Shown piece by piece: positions 38,547 to 51,050 of a stretch of 64,000 bases of DNA; the first letter of the stretch is position 1; each line of letters opens with the position of its first letter. This DNA is from Octopus vulgaris (lineage: Eukaryota). The notes beneath the pieces are model-generated. The model saw nothing but the letters and a program-made list of their open reading frames with translations. It searched no databases and was not told the DNA's origin. Location of the stretch: contig OX597834.1 of NCBI GenBank assembly GCA_951406725.2, forward strand, positions 36,022,001-36,086,000, read 5' to 3'. Position numbers and translations under genes: made by a program.

Positions 38547-39316
38547 CACGGCTGTAGAGTCAGAGTCAGTATAGTTTTACTGACTCCGACTCAAAATATC
38601 TTTCTTCTTGAATATAAACCAGTTATAACATATAGGCTGACTCATAGCTGTATACAGCTATGGTACGACCACACTTGGAATTCGCATCATCAGTTTGGAA
38701 CCCCTATCTTGCTCAGAACATTGACCTCCTGGAATCTGTCCAGAGACGTGCAACCAAATGCATACCCTCCATCAGACACCTACCATATTCTGAGCGCCTT
38801 GTTTCCCTGGGCATGGATTCACTGAAGCTCCGGCATCTGGCGACGGACTTGGTAAACACCCACAAAGTTATCAACCACCTCACAAACAACAACACTGAAC
38901 ACCTTTTTGATCTCCATGTGTCTAACACACGTGGACATGCCTACAAAGTTAGAAAACAACACAGCTCCCAGGACTTTCGGAAACATTTTTTCACGCTCAG
39001 AGTTGCTGAAGCATGGAATAAACTGCCTACGTCAGTTGTTGACTGCCATGACACTGCATCCTTTAAGGCCCTCATGCTTTCCGAAATCCACCGAAACTAC
39101 ACCTGATTATATATACACTTTAGATGAGTTGTAGTGCACCTGAGCACTGTACACAATTATTATTATTATTATTATTATTAAAGTACAAGAGTATGCATAA
39201 GCTTTATGAGATATGTAGACCACAATCATTCAATTACATAAAGTGGAGTCGGAGTTGGAATCGCCAATAGTACAGGAGTCAGAGTCGGAGTTTTTTATTT
39301 CGATTCCACAGCCCTG
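38547..39316. mobile_element. hAT-type MITE containing a LINE fragment
   Basis: TIRs cacggctgtagagtc / gattccacagccctg, 8-bp TSD atagaaac / gtagaaac, and subterminal ggagtc repeats. Confidence 0.8.
38640..39180 (+). mobile_element. CR1/L2-group LINE 3' fragment
   Basis: VRPHLEFASSVWNPY...LESVQRRATK...YSERL...TRGH...RKHFFTLRVAEAWNKLP, followed by an (ATT)n tail. Confidence 0.9.
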
Positions 39317-40540
39317 GTAGAAACCATGCCAAGTCAGACTGGAATTTGGTGCAGCTCCCCAGTGTGCCAGCTCTGGTCGAACCTTCAAACCCATGCCAGC
39401 ATGGACATTAGATGCTAAATGATGATGATGATGATATGCTGATGATGATGACGATGATGATGATATGATGATGATGATGATGACAACGACGACGACGGTG
39501 ATCTAAAAATGATTAGGAATTATATTTAAAAACAAAATTGCTCAAATATTTTGTGTATCGCAGAAGCATAACCCATTTATTGCAGATGAATTTTAACAAC
39601 AAAAATCTCTTATGTGGACACCTAAAAGTCACATGGACCCCAGTTGAGACCCACTGAGACAGAGGAAAGGGGAAATAAAGAAAGAAACAAAAGATAAGTG
39701 TAAATAAAATTAAATAAAGGGGACAAATAGGGGAAAAAGACAAAGATAGAACTGGTCAACAGGAAAAGATGTTGGGTCCCTCCCACCTCATAGGGGTCAG
39801 CTGGGTTAATGATGAAGGGGTGAGCTATAAAATGATGTTAGGGTCCTCCTCTCTCCTTAGAGAGGTTAGCAGGGTTTAAACATGATTATATTAGGATTTC
39901 AGCCCCCTTTTTCTCTATCTTAAACTAATTAACACTTCTTGCACAAAACTAACAATTTAGAAATGGAGTGGTGGTGGTAGCAGCAGAAGCAGCAGCAGTA
40001 GTAGTAGTAGTAGTAGTATGGTGGTGGTGGTGGTGGTGGTGGTGGTGAAAGCAACAGTGGTTGTTGCAGAGGTGGCTGTGTTGGTAAAGATGGTAGTGGT
40101 AGTACCAATAGCAGCAGTAGTAGTAGTAGTGGTGGTGGTGGTGGTGGTAGGGTGGTGGCAATGGTTGTGTTGGCAAAGGCAGTAGTAGTGATGGTTGTGG
40201 TGGAGGTGGTGGTGGTAGTAGTAGCAGCAGCAGTAGTAGTAGTAGTAGTGGTGGTGGTGGTGGTAGGATGGTGGCAATGCTTGCGTTGGCAAAGGCAGTA
40301 GTAGTGATGGTTGTGGTGGAGGTGGTGGTAGTAGTAGTAGTAGTAATAGTAGCAGCAGTAGTAGTAGTATTCGTGGTGGTGGTGACAATGGTTGTGTTGG
40401 TCAAGGTTGTAGTAGTAGTAGTAGTTTTGTTGAGTGTTGCAATTGTACTTGTAGGTGGTGGTAGAGAATTTGGCGATGGTGAAGGCGGCAATGGTTGTGT
40501 TTTTGCGAAGGTAGTAGTGGTAGTAGTAGTAGTGGTAGTG

Positions 40541-40577
<37 letters not shown>

Positions 40578-41477
40578 AAGTTACCTGAGAAGTCGTTCAA
40601 CCCTAGGTCAGGCTAGATGCAAACAACAGCAACAACAGTAGCAGCAGCAGTCACAGTAGCAGCAGCCCTTATGATGAAAGACGTTTGCTTTTTTTTTTCA
40701 AAAACTTTTGCCCCCTTTATAAAACATACGTGTATACTTATTACTATTAAGACTACATAATCCCAAGACGTCCCTGTGACTGACCCCTGTTAGGGTGATT
40801 AATAAATGTTAAGGGTCAGCAAAAAACCAGGGCAGAAAAACATAAAGAGGGGGTTGATTGACGAGCTGCCAATCTCTCAAGCAATGTTGACAAACGTAAA
40901 AAATTGGGATTTCTTTTTGTTGTTGTTGTACATCAAAAAATATAGAAAAACGACGCCGACATCGCCAACACACACACACACTCACACACACACGTATACA
41001 GGTAAAAAGAAACATACATAGACATTTGAATGTGTGTGTGTGTGTGTATATATATTCACATATATATACGCTAATAGACGTTTGAATGTGTGTGTGTTTA
41101 TGTATATATATATATATATATATATACGTATATATATTTATATATATACACACACACACAAATACACGTACAGATGTACGCATATACACACATGCACGCA
41201 TATACACACACACGCGCTCATATACACATATCTGCATGCACGCGTGTACACACACAGACTTTACAGACACCGTCACAAACGCGGTCGCGCGTACATGCGC
41301 GTGCACTGACGTATAGACATATAGCAATACACGCGCGCGCGCACATTCGCACGCACACGCGCACACACAAACCGTTATCAATTATTGAACTTCAAACCAC
41401 ATCTCAGCATCAGTAAAGATAACTATTTATTATTCATGATGGAGGTATGGTGTACTCTAATACAATGTGTGCGTGTG

Positions 41478-41518
<41 letters not shown>

Positions 41519-41746
41519 CTACATCTCTCTCTCTCTCTTTCTTTTCTCTGACCCTTAATATAAATCACACTAACAGGTGCAGACGTGGCTGTGTGGTAAG
41601 AGGTTTGCTTCCCAACCACATGGTTCCAGGTTCAGTCTCACTCCGTGGCACCTTAGGCGCATATATCTTTTATTACAGCCGGGGCAAGTGTCTATTTCTA
41701 TAGCCTTGTGAGTGGATTTGGTAGACAGAAACTGAAAGAAGCCTGT

Positions 41747-41789
<43 letters not shown>

Positions 41790-42149
41790 ATGTTTGTGTG
41801 TCTGTGTTTGTCCTCCCCTACCATCGCTTGATAACTGATGTTGGTGTGTTTACGTCCCCATAACTTAACCAAAATATATGTACTGCGATTGATTCCTTCG
41901 ACTACAAATTCTTTAAGGCAGTGCCCCAGCATGGCCACAGTCTAATGACTGTAACAAGTAAAAGAACAAAAGATTGGTTTCATGTCTCTTATGCTCGTAG
42001 CAATACAGGCAACTCAGCAGATCCTTCTGGCCAGAGACAATCCACCAAGGAGAAGGCCATTCCAATGTAAAACCTACAGCTTGCTAGTCACTGCAGCTGT
42101 CTTGGCCTGCTGAGCCCCTGTGGTCACACCTCCAGGTTTCATACTTTAA

Positions 42150-42372
42150 CCCTTTAGTATTTAAACTGGCCACATCAGGCCCTAATATTCTGATTGTTTT
42201 ATGTTCAAACTGACCAGATCCGGCCTCTCGCACATATCCTACAATGTCATTCTGAGAAATACACAATCACATCAGGGAAACCTCAAACCTATGAGATAAT
42301 GCATGGTTAATTCAAAAACAATGGGAATAAATAAGCGTTTCATTTGACAGGGTAGTCTGAATAGTAGATAAA
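42150..42372. mobile_element. piggyBac-type MITE (same family as 5775-6613 and 60868-61738)
   Basis: ttaa-ccctttagtatttaaac left end, decayed right end. Confidence 0.7.
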
Positions 42373-42409
42373 AGGATGAAGGTCTTTACTGGGTCACACC
42401 AACTTATAA

Positions 42410-43125
42410 GGGCCTGTTACCTGTTGTCATGGCATATATATTACCCCCTATGGATGAGATGCCAGTCCGTCACATGTAGTCTTTATTTTTGCCAGCTGAG
42501 TGGACTGGAGCAATGTTAAATGAAGTGTTTTGCACAAGAACACAACGCATCACCCAGTCCAGGAATTGAAACCACAATCTTATGATCAGGGGTCCAATAC
42601 ATTAACCACTAAGACACGTGCCTCCACAAAGTAAAATTCCTTCTTGAGTCATATAGACTCATAAGGCTGGATTCCTGGTTCCATGGCATATATATTCCTC
42701 CTTGGATGGGACGCTGGTCTGTCGTAGGATTATTCATTTTTGCCAGCTGAGTGGACTGGAACAACGTGAAATGAAGTATTTTGCTCAAGAACACAATGCA
42801 TTGCATGGTCCAGGAATCGAAACCACAATCTTGCAATCATTAATCCAACACCCTAACCATGCACCTCCACAAAGTGAAGTTCTTTCCTGAGTCATATAAA
42901 CACCTAGTGCTGGTTTCATAGTTTCATGGTGTATGTATTCCCCACCCGGACGGGAATACAACCCATGAAGGGTTACTCATTTTTTGCCAGCTGAATGGAA
43001 CTGGAGCAACGAGGAACGAAGTGTTTTGCTCAAGAACATAATGTGTCGCCCGGTCCAGGAATTGAAACCACCATCTTACGATCATGAGTCCAACACTCCT
43101 AACCACTAAGCCACCATGCCTCCAC
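42410..43125 (-). mobile_element. Three head-to-tail SINE-D copies
   Basis: tgccagctgagtggactggagcaa...tgaagtgttttgctcaagaaca...ccaggaattgaaacc occurs three times. Relatives at about 44715-44890 and 53398-53720. Confidence 0.8.
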
Positions 43126-45707
43126 AATAATCTAAATCCTTAAGGGTCACAAAATCTAAATTGCAGCAATGGTGAAGACCCCAGAAATGATTGGTACTGG
43201 CAGACACTGGCAGTGGCATGTTCAACTCTGCACGTACGCAGCTCCCCCTCCTCCTCCTCTTCCTCTTCCTCCTCATAATCTTTGAACATGAAGAACTGCA
43301 ATCATCACCATAGTGAAACTTGGTATTTATAACAAAAAAAAACAAAAAAAAAAACTGAAACTATATGGAATCCCATAAGTAGAACAATTCTTGCGTTTGT
43401 ATGGTAAACTTATTCATTCATTTTAACATTACCACACAGTCCCTTCCTCGGTTAGTTTTAGTGGGGACCAGTAAGTTGTAGGTATTTGGGTCAGATCTCT
43501 GATTTGGGAATAACTTCCTTGCTTCTCCCACTTCTGTTGCTGAAGGCCCTGAGGGAGAGTGAAGAGCGAGAGGTGTTGCCCTTGTTTCCTCTAAGTAAGA
43601 ATGATAATGATAAAGTAAGTAGATAGATAAATATCATAAGTTCTTCAGCAGGTAAATAGACAGGATGTCAGGTACAGCCAGCTCTGGCACACACACACAC
43701 ATACACATACACACACACGCACACACACATGGCTGTGGCACATTCATGCACACACATAAACACACATTTAGAAGTATAAAACACAGGCACTCATACACAT
43801 ACATATGGACACACAGACACAAGCATACAGAAACGTAAACGCAAACACTCATACACATGCATGCACATATACAAACACACACTTCGATGTAGACACATAC
43901 ACACATGCACACAAACACACACTTCGATGTAGACACACACACACATACACATATGCACACAAACACAGCTGTGACACTCACACTCACACTCACACACACA
44001 CATACACAGCTGTGCCACTCACACACACACACACTCAGACACAGGCATACCCAGACGCACACTCACACTCACACAGAAGTTCACTCGGTGTGACCACACT
44101 CACTCACACCCCCTCTCAGCCACCCGAGTACAATTATATAAACATTTTTTATACCCAGAAGTTGACCCCCCCCCCACCACTAATAAACAACAAACTGCAC
44201 TCTTTGTTGTTGTTGTGGCTGTTTAACCCCAGGTCAGCTCTGATAGGACAGACCCATGTCTAAAGGTAATCCAGCTGAGACCATCCCCTTTTATTTTTGC
44301 TTTTTTAAGGTGTTTCTTATGAATATGTTACCTGATTTGACCTTCACTTTTGTTCAAGGTCACATCATGTCATATGAGGGGCATTTCAGTGCTAATTCTA
44401 GCAGATAAAGCAACTGCATAGAAGCACTCTCATTAGTTTGGCACACAGCATGGGTTCATGCATATATGAAACGGTGTGTGTGTGTGTGTGTGTTCAAGTG
44501 TGTGTGTTCTACTTTATACTTTCTCAGCTGAACTATGCCAAGGTCAACTCAACCACATCTGTTACACTATCAGGTTCATATGGTGTGGAAACAGTGGTGT
44601 AACATACTGTAGCCATCCATGTGTGTATTCATCAGTGTGTTTGTGTATACATACGCAGTGCTTCCCGAGCCTAAAGCTTGTAGAGCTGTTTTTCCAGATT
44701 CTCACCCCACCCCACCCTATGGATGGGACACCATCCCGTCACAGGATATTACTCAAGTTTGCCTGTTGACTGGACTGGAGCAATGTGAAACGAAAAGTTT
44801 TAGTCAAGAACACAATACATCACCTTGTCCAGGAATTGAAACCGCAATCTTACAATCATCAGTGTAACACCCTAACCACAAAGCCATGTAAATGTATACT
44901 CTTTTACTCTTTTACTTGTTTCAGTCATTTGACAGTGGCCATGCAGGAGCACCGCCTTTAGTCGAGCAAATTGACCCAGGACTTATTCTTTGTAAGCCTA
45001 GTACTTATTCTATCAGTCTCTTTTGCTGAACCGCTAAGTTACGGGGACGTAAACACACCAGCATTGGTTGTCAAGCAATGTTGGGGGGAACAAACACACA
45101 TACACACACACACACATATATACATATATACGACGGGCTTCTTTTAGTTTCCATCTACCAAATCCACTCACAAGGTTTTGGTTGGCGCGAGGCTATAGTA
45201 GAAGACTGAACCCGGAACCGTGTGGTTGGTAAGCAAGCTACATACCACACAGCCACTCCTGCACCTATACATAATTATGTACACATAATTATGCATAGAT
45301 ACATACATACATATATCTATATATATGGTTCAAATGTACAGAAAACGAAAGGCAAAGACGGGTGAGGGAACAAAAAGTAGATGAATTAGTTTGACGCTTA
45401 GGAAGAACAGAAAGGTTTTCACTGTTTCAAGCTTATGCTCTTTGACAGACAGGGTTGAGAGGCAAAAAATGGAGTAATCTAACAAGTACTCTAACAATTA
45501 TCTAAAATTCTCCTTTCCCCAGGCATGGCTGTGTGGTAAGAAGCTTGTTTCCCAACCACATGGTTCCGGGTTGGCCAAGATGCCAAGCAGTGGGACTGAA
45601 CCCGGGACCATGTGGTTGGTAAGCAAGCTACTAATCACACAGCCACTCCTAAGCCTATACATACATATGTTACTAAATATATGTGTATATATATATACAC
45701 TAGCAGA

Positions 45708-46100
45708 TACTAGCAGTATCGCCCGGCGTTGCTCGGGTTTGTTTTGACCCTTTAGAATTGGAATTTTTGTAAAGTAAAAAAATTGCATTACGTAGCTTGT
45801 TATTCTCTTGAAGTGAATATTTTTCTGGTTGAAATACACCGAAAAATGGCGACACAGCAGTAAAAAAATCGTAAAAAATAGGGATTTTCATAGAAAAAAA
45901 GCACCTTTTTTTATGTAAATAATTTTTGGTGTTAACATGGTCCGATTTTAATTTTTTCGTCTATGGAATGAAGAGCAAGCCTTCCTCTATCATACTCTCA
46001 ATTTTGGTCAACTTGCACAGCAGTGTCCTGGAGGAGATAGTGTTAATTGAAGGCTACCAAACCTGTCATACACAGACAACTTCAGCTTTATATATATAGA
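45708..46100 (+). mobile_element. Non-autonomous Helitron/Helentron-like element
   Basis: 5' actagcagtatcgcccggcgttgctcggg (short hairpin), 3' cagacaacttcagctttatatatatag. No TIR or TSD. Second copy at 49087-49400. Confidence 0.65.
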
Positions 46101-46867
46101 TATACATATTTATTCATATATATGTATATGTGTATGCATATATATATATGTGTGTGTGTGTGTATCTTTATGACTAAAAACACTCCTTATCCTTTTCTCT
46201 TGTATATTTCTATATGCTCTATATGTTTTGTAGAAAGACATATTAAGGAGCTTTTTATATGAGTGCAATTGGATTACTTGAATCTATATATTGTGACTTA
46301 AATATTAAGGAGTGACTGTGTGGTAAGTAGCTTGCTCCACAGCCACATGGTTTTGGGTTCAGTCCCACTGCATGGCATCTTGAGCAAGTGTCTTCTACTA
46401 TAGCCTCGGGCCGACCAAAGTCTTTTGAGTCGATTTGGTAGACGGAAACAGAAAGAAGCTTGCCGTATACATATATAAATCGGTGTGTTTACATCCTCAT
46501 AACTTAGCAGTTCGGCAAAAAGGACCGATAGTGTAAGTACTAGGCTTACAAAGTATAAGTCCTGGGGTTGATTTGTTTGACTAAAGGCGGTGCTCCAGCA
46601 TGGCCGCAGTCAAATGACTGAAACAAGTAAAAGAATAAAGGAATATATATGTCTATATATATGTGTGTGTATACACACACACACAGGGCACTGTCTTGGA
46701 GCCCCTGCTATTCATAGTGGCCCTCTCATCCACAAATCAGTTGAGGTTTCAAGTAGTGAAAATGTAGCAAAGCTAATGATGGTGCCCCAGCATGGCCATG
46801 ACTCTCAAACTGAATCTAGTAAAAATAAGTAAAAGTATAAGAAATATATATATATATAAATGTATAA

Positions 46868-46910
<43 letters not shown>

Positions 46911-46912
<2 letters not shown>

Positions 46913-47222
46913 GAGGCACAATGGCCCAGTGGTTAGGGCAGCGGATTCACGGTCGGAGGATCACGGTTTCAATTCCCAGACCAGGCGTTGTGAGTGTTTA
47001 TTGAGCGAAAACACCTAAAAAGTTCCACGCAGCTCCAGCAGGGGATGGTGGCGATCCCTGCTGTACACTTACGCCACAACTTTCTCTCACTCTTTCTTCT
47101 GTTAGCCCGCTCGCTTAGCCAGCGGGGTGGCGTCATTTGAAGGCTAAAACAATGCGAAGCGCATTGTGACCAGCGATGTGTAGCAGCATCTGATAGCCTG
47201 GTCGGTCACGGTGATCATGGTG
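46911..47222 (+). mobile_element. SINE with the family C head and a different tail
   Basis: Matches 11205-11390 up to ctttctctcactct, then continues with an unrelated tail (gttagcccgctcgcttagcc...ggtcacggtgatca). Confidence 0.8.
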
Positions 47223-47949
47223 CTATATATATATATATCATGAACCTCTCTTCAAACTTGCTTCTCACTCATTCCCCCAACTCTCAATCTCGCTTGCTCT
47301 GTCTGTCTGTCAGTCTTTCTCTATCTATCTCTTTTACTCTTTTACTTGTTTCAGTCATTTGACTGCGGTCATGCTGGAGCACCGCCTTTAGTCGAGCAAA
47401 TCGACCCCAGGTCTTATTCTTTGTAAGCCCAGTACTTATTCTATCTGTCTATCTATCTATCTATCTATCTCTTTTCTCTCTCTCTCTTTCTCTTTCTCTA
47501 TCTGTCTATCTATTTAACCACTTACATGCCCACCCCACTTACCCACCCGCCCACCCACCTATCAACCCATTTCTCCTCAATGGATGCATAGAAAAAGCCA
47601 AAAAATAAAAACAACGACAAAAAACAAAACAAAAAACAAACAAAGCAAGAAAAATAAACGCAATAAAAAATGAAAAAAAAGGTTGCACGGAGTCAAAAAT
47701 TTGCTAAAATAGTTTATAAAAACGATGCAACAGCAACAACAGCAGCCGAAACAAAATGCATTCATTGCTGTTGCACCACCACCACCACAATCAACAACAA
47801 CAACAACAACGACAATGGCTGCAGCAGCAATAGATGCAACAGGTAGACGTACGTGTGGAGCCTTGTAGCTAAATGCATCGTTTGAAACTGTGCCAGGGCA
47901 TTGGTGTGCATTATGTAACAACAGCCAGAATCTCAACAGCTGATGCTGG

Positions 47950-48635
47950 TGATGCGGCGGCGGTGGTGGTAATGGTGGTGGTGGTGGTGGTGGTGGTGGT
48001 GGTGGCGGTGATGTAACCGTAATAGTTTTTTGTTGGCGTTGGTGGCGGCAGTGGCAATTGCTCGTAGTTTTTGTTGTTATTGCTTGCAACTATTTCTGCT
48101 GTTGATGTTGGTAGCGGTGGTGGTGGTGGTAGTAGTGGTTGTGGTGGTGGTGGTGGTGGTAGTGGTGGTTGTGGTGGTAGTGGTGATGGTGGTGGTTGTG
48201 GTGATGGTAATAGTGGTGGTGGTGGTTGTGGTGGTTGTGGTGATGGTAGTAGTAGTGGTGGATGTGGTGGTAGTGGTGGTGGTGGTGGTGGTAGTGGTGG
48301 TTGTGGTGATGGTGGTTGTGGTGGTGGTGGTAGTGGTGGTGGTGGTGGTGGTGGTGGTGGTGGTGGTGGTGGTAGTAGTGGTGGTGGTGGTGATGGCGGT
48401 GATGGTGATGTTGGTGGTGGTGATAGTAAATGCCGTAGTTGTTATAGAAGTGGTGGTGATGGTGGTGGTAGTGGTGTTGGTGGTAGTGATGATGTAACTG
48501 CAATAGCTGCAATAGTTGTCGGCAGTAGTAGTCGTGGTGGTGGTAGTAGTGGTAATTGCTGCAGTTTCTGTTGTAGTGTTAGTGGTGGTGGTGATGTGAT
48601 TGTAATATCTGCAGTTGTTATTGTTATTGTTGTGG

Positions 48636-48667
<32 letters not shown>

Positions 48668-48720
48668 GCAGGTGATGGTGTAACTGTAAGAGATACAGTA
48701 GTTATTTAGTGGTGGTGGTC
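47950..48720. repeat. (GGT)n/(GTA)n/(GTT)n trinucleotide field (representative)
   Basis: Pure and mixed triplet runs. Similar fields at 14090-14460, 17050-17490, 28450-28840, 29290-29467, 36120-36640, 39965-40580, 50295-50550, 56865-57140 and 59108-59300. Confidence 0.95.
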
Positions 48721-49086
48721 ATATTGGCTGCAGTTTCTGTCATTCTGCCTATCGCAATCTGTGCCAGTGAGACTTGCAAGAGCAGAGTAAGGATAGATGA
48801 AAAAAACAAAAGAAGAAGCTAAATGTATCCCACCAAAGGTGCTGCCCTAGAAAAATCCTAAAGGATCAACTATCAGGACTGTGTCACAAACGAGGGGATT
48901 CTAATAAGAGTGGGGTCACAGGCCTTACAAGTGATTGTAGCAGGGCTGATTCTAACTGGCAGGCCACATTCTCTGTCTGGTTTTCAACCATTTCATACCA
49001 GTGGACCCATCTGGTCCCTGTTTTATTCCACTGGCCCCTCATAGCTGTTCAATGTTTATAAAATCCTATTATATTTTTATAGTTAA

Positions 49087-49400
49087 ACTAGCAGTATTGC
49101 CCGGCGTTGCTCGGGTTTGTTTCGACCCTTTAGAATTGGAATTTTTGAAAAGTAAAAAATTTTGCATTATGTAGCTTGTTATTCTCTTTAAGTGAACATT
49201 TTTCTGGTTGAAATACACCAAAAAATGGCGTCATAGCAGTCAAAAAATCATAAAAAACAGAGATTTTCATAGATAAAAAGCACCTTTTTTATGTAAAATT
49301 TTGGTCAACTTGCGCTGCAGGGTCTCGGAGGAGATAGTGTTAGTTGAAGGCTACCAAACCTGCCATACACAGACAACTTCAGCTTTATATATATATAGAG
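49087..49400 (+). mobile_element. Second Helitron-like copy with an internal deletion
   Basis: Matches 45708-46100 but lacks the segment equivalent to about 45920-46000. Confidence 0.65.
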
Positions 49401-49789
49401 ATATAGAGATACTGTAAGGAATTGGATAAAATATTGTTAAAATATTTGCCTGGCAAATATATCATTATCATCATCATTTTTTAACGTCCATTTTCCATGC
49501 TAGCATGGGTTTGACAGTTTGACTGGGGTCTGGGAAGCCTAGAGACTGCATCAGGCTCCAGTCTGATCTGTCAGTGTTTCTACAGCTGGATACCCTTCCT
49601 AATGCCAACCACTCTGTGAATATAGTGGGGGCTTTTTACGTGTCACTGGCACAGGGGCCAGAGGAGGCTGGCAAACAGCCACGATGGGTTGGTGCTTTTT
49701 ATGTGTCACCGACACGGACACCAGTCAGGTGGCACTGGCATCAGCTATGTTCGGACAGTGCTTTTTATGCGTCACATACATACATACAT

Positions 49790-49820
<31 letters not shown>

Positions 49821-50322
49821 TCCACACACACACATGCACACTGACACACACACATGCATACATACACACATGCACACTCACACACACATATACATACATA
49901 TCATCATCATCATCGTCGTTTAACGTCCGTTCTCCATGCTAGCATGGGTTGGACGGTTCGACCGGGGTTCTGGGAAGCCAGAAGGCTCCATATACAAAGT
50001 GGTACTGAAAAGTTCCTGGTTTTGGGTAAAAGAAAATACAGGAGAATCAGTTGATTATGATTTTATCCAACATATTCCTCTCTCAGATTCACACACTTAT
50101 TGCAGCAGTCCTTCAGTTTTTCTAAGCCCTATAAAAGATCTTGGAAGGTTGGGCCTCCAACCAGGCCTTTCACAGCAACCCCTAAACCAGGAACTTTTCA
50201 GCCCCCTGCCACCCTCATACACAACTGTAGCATGAAGGCCCTAACATCTATAGGGCTCACTGGGCAAAACTGCTCAGAGGACCCTTTGATTAATGCACCA
50301 CCACCACCACCACCAACACTAT

Positions 50323-50379
<57 letters not shown>

Positions 50380-50659
50380 GAGACACCAGCAGTAGTGCAA
50401 TCACCACCACCACTACTACTACTAACATCACAGCTACTACTATATCCTCTACTGCACCCATTGTTATCACTACTACCATGATAACGACCACAACCATGAC
50501 AACTACTACTACTACAACTACAACCACCACCACCACTGCTACTGCTACTACATGGTGTCACTCTAATTATTTTCTTATATGAAAAGATGCCATTTCAAAA
50601 TGAGTTCATTAACCTCAACTGGCTAATAGAATTGCTGAAGATTTAATAGCTCTCTTTTT

Positions 50660-50702
<43 letters not shown>

Positions 50703-50839
50703 GTCTGTCGGTCTGTTTATCTCCTTTCTTTCTCCCTCTCTCTCTTTCTCTATCAATATAATATCTCTCTCTTTCGCTCCAATGCACATAAATCTATCAC
50801 ACACACGTGTGTATATATATATATATTTTATATATAGAG

Positions 50840-50873
<34 letters not shown>

Positions 50874-50889
50874 ATACATATATTTATAT

Positions 50890-51050
50890 GATCGTTAGCC
50901 ACTACACACATTTTTTTCTCTCCTTGTTTTTTCTGTGTCCCTTTCTGTAGAAGAGCGTAGGCTCGAAACGTAAAAGACTTTTTCTATTCCTGAGCGTTTG
51001 TTTTGTGCACCCCCTGTCTTTGTCTTTTGTGTTTTTCGTAAACTCTCCCT
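50890..51050 (+). mobile_element. Hammerhead-like repeat fragment (third family) in (TA)n
   Basis: cttt CTGTAGA agagc gtag gctc GAAAC GTA aaag at 50941-50976. A degenerate relative lies on the minus strand at about 45413-45455. Confidence 0.55.

Larger units (their letters stand above)
38478..39430 (+). mobile_element. Repeat family E (SINE-like, (GAT)n tail), host of the hAT MITE
   Basis: gccatgtaaaagcac...aagggcatccagc|agaaacc...ccatgccagcatgga...aaatgatgatg. An uninterrupted relative lies at about 58930-59110; others at 1-70, 7110-7250, 49480-49770 (-) and 53850-54000 (-). Confidence 0.7.

Noticed and set aside
48030-48709. Gly-, Val- or His-rich ORFs resembling structural proteins (also 39929-40600)
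   Set aside because: Open in several frames on both strands because of GGT/GTA triplets; no splice or compositional support.
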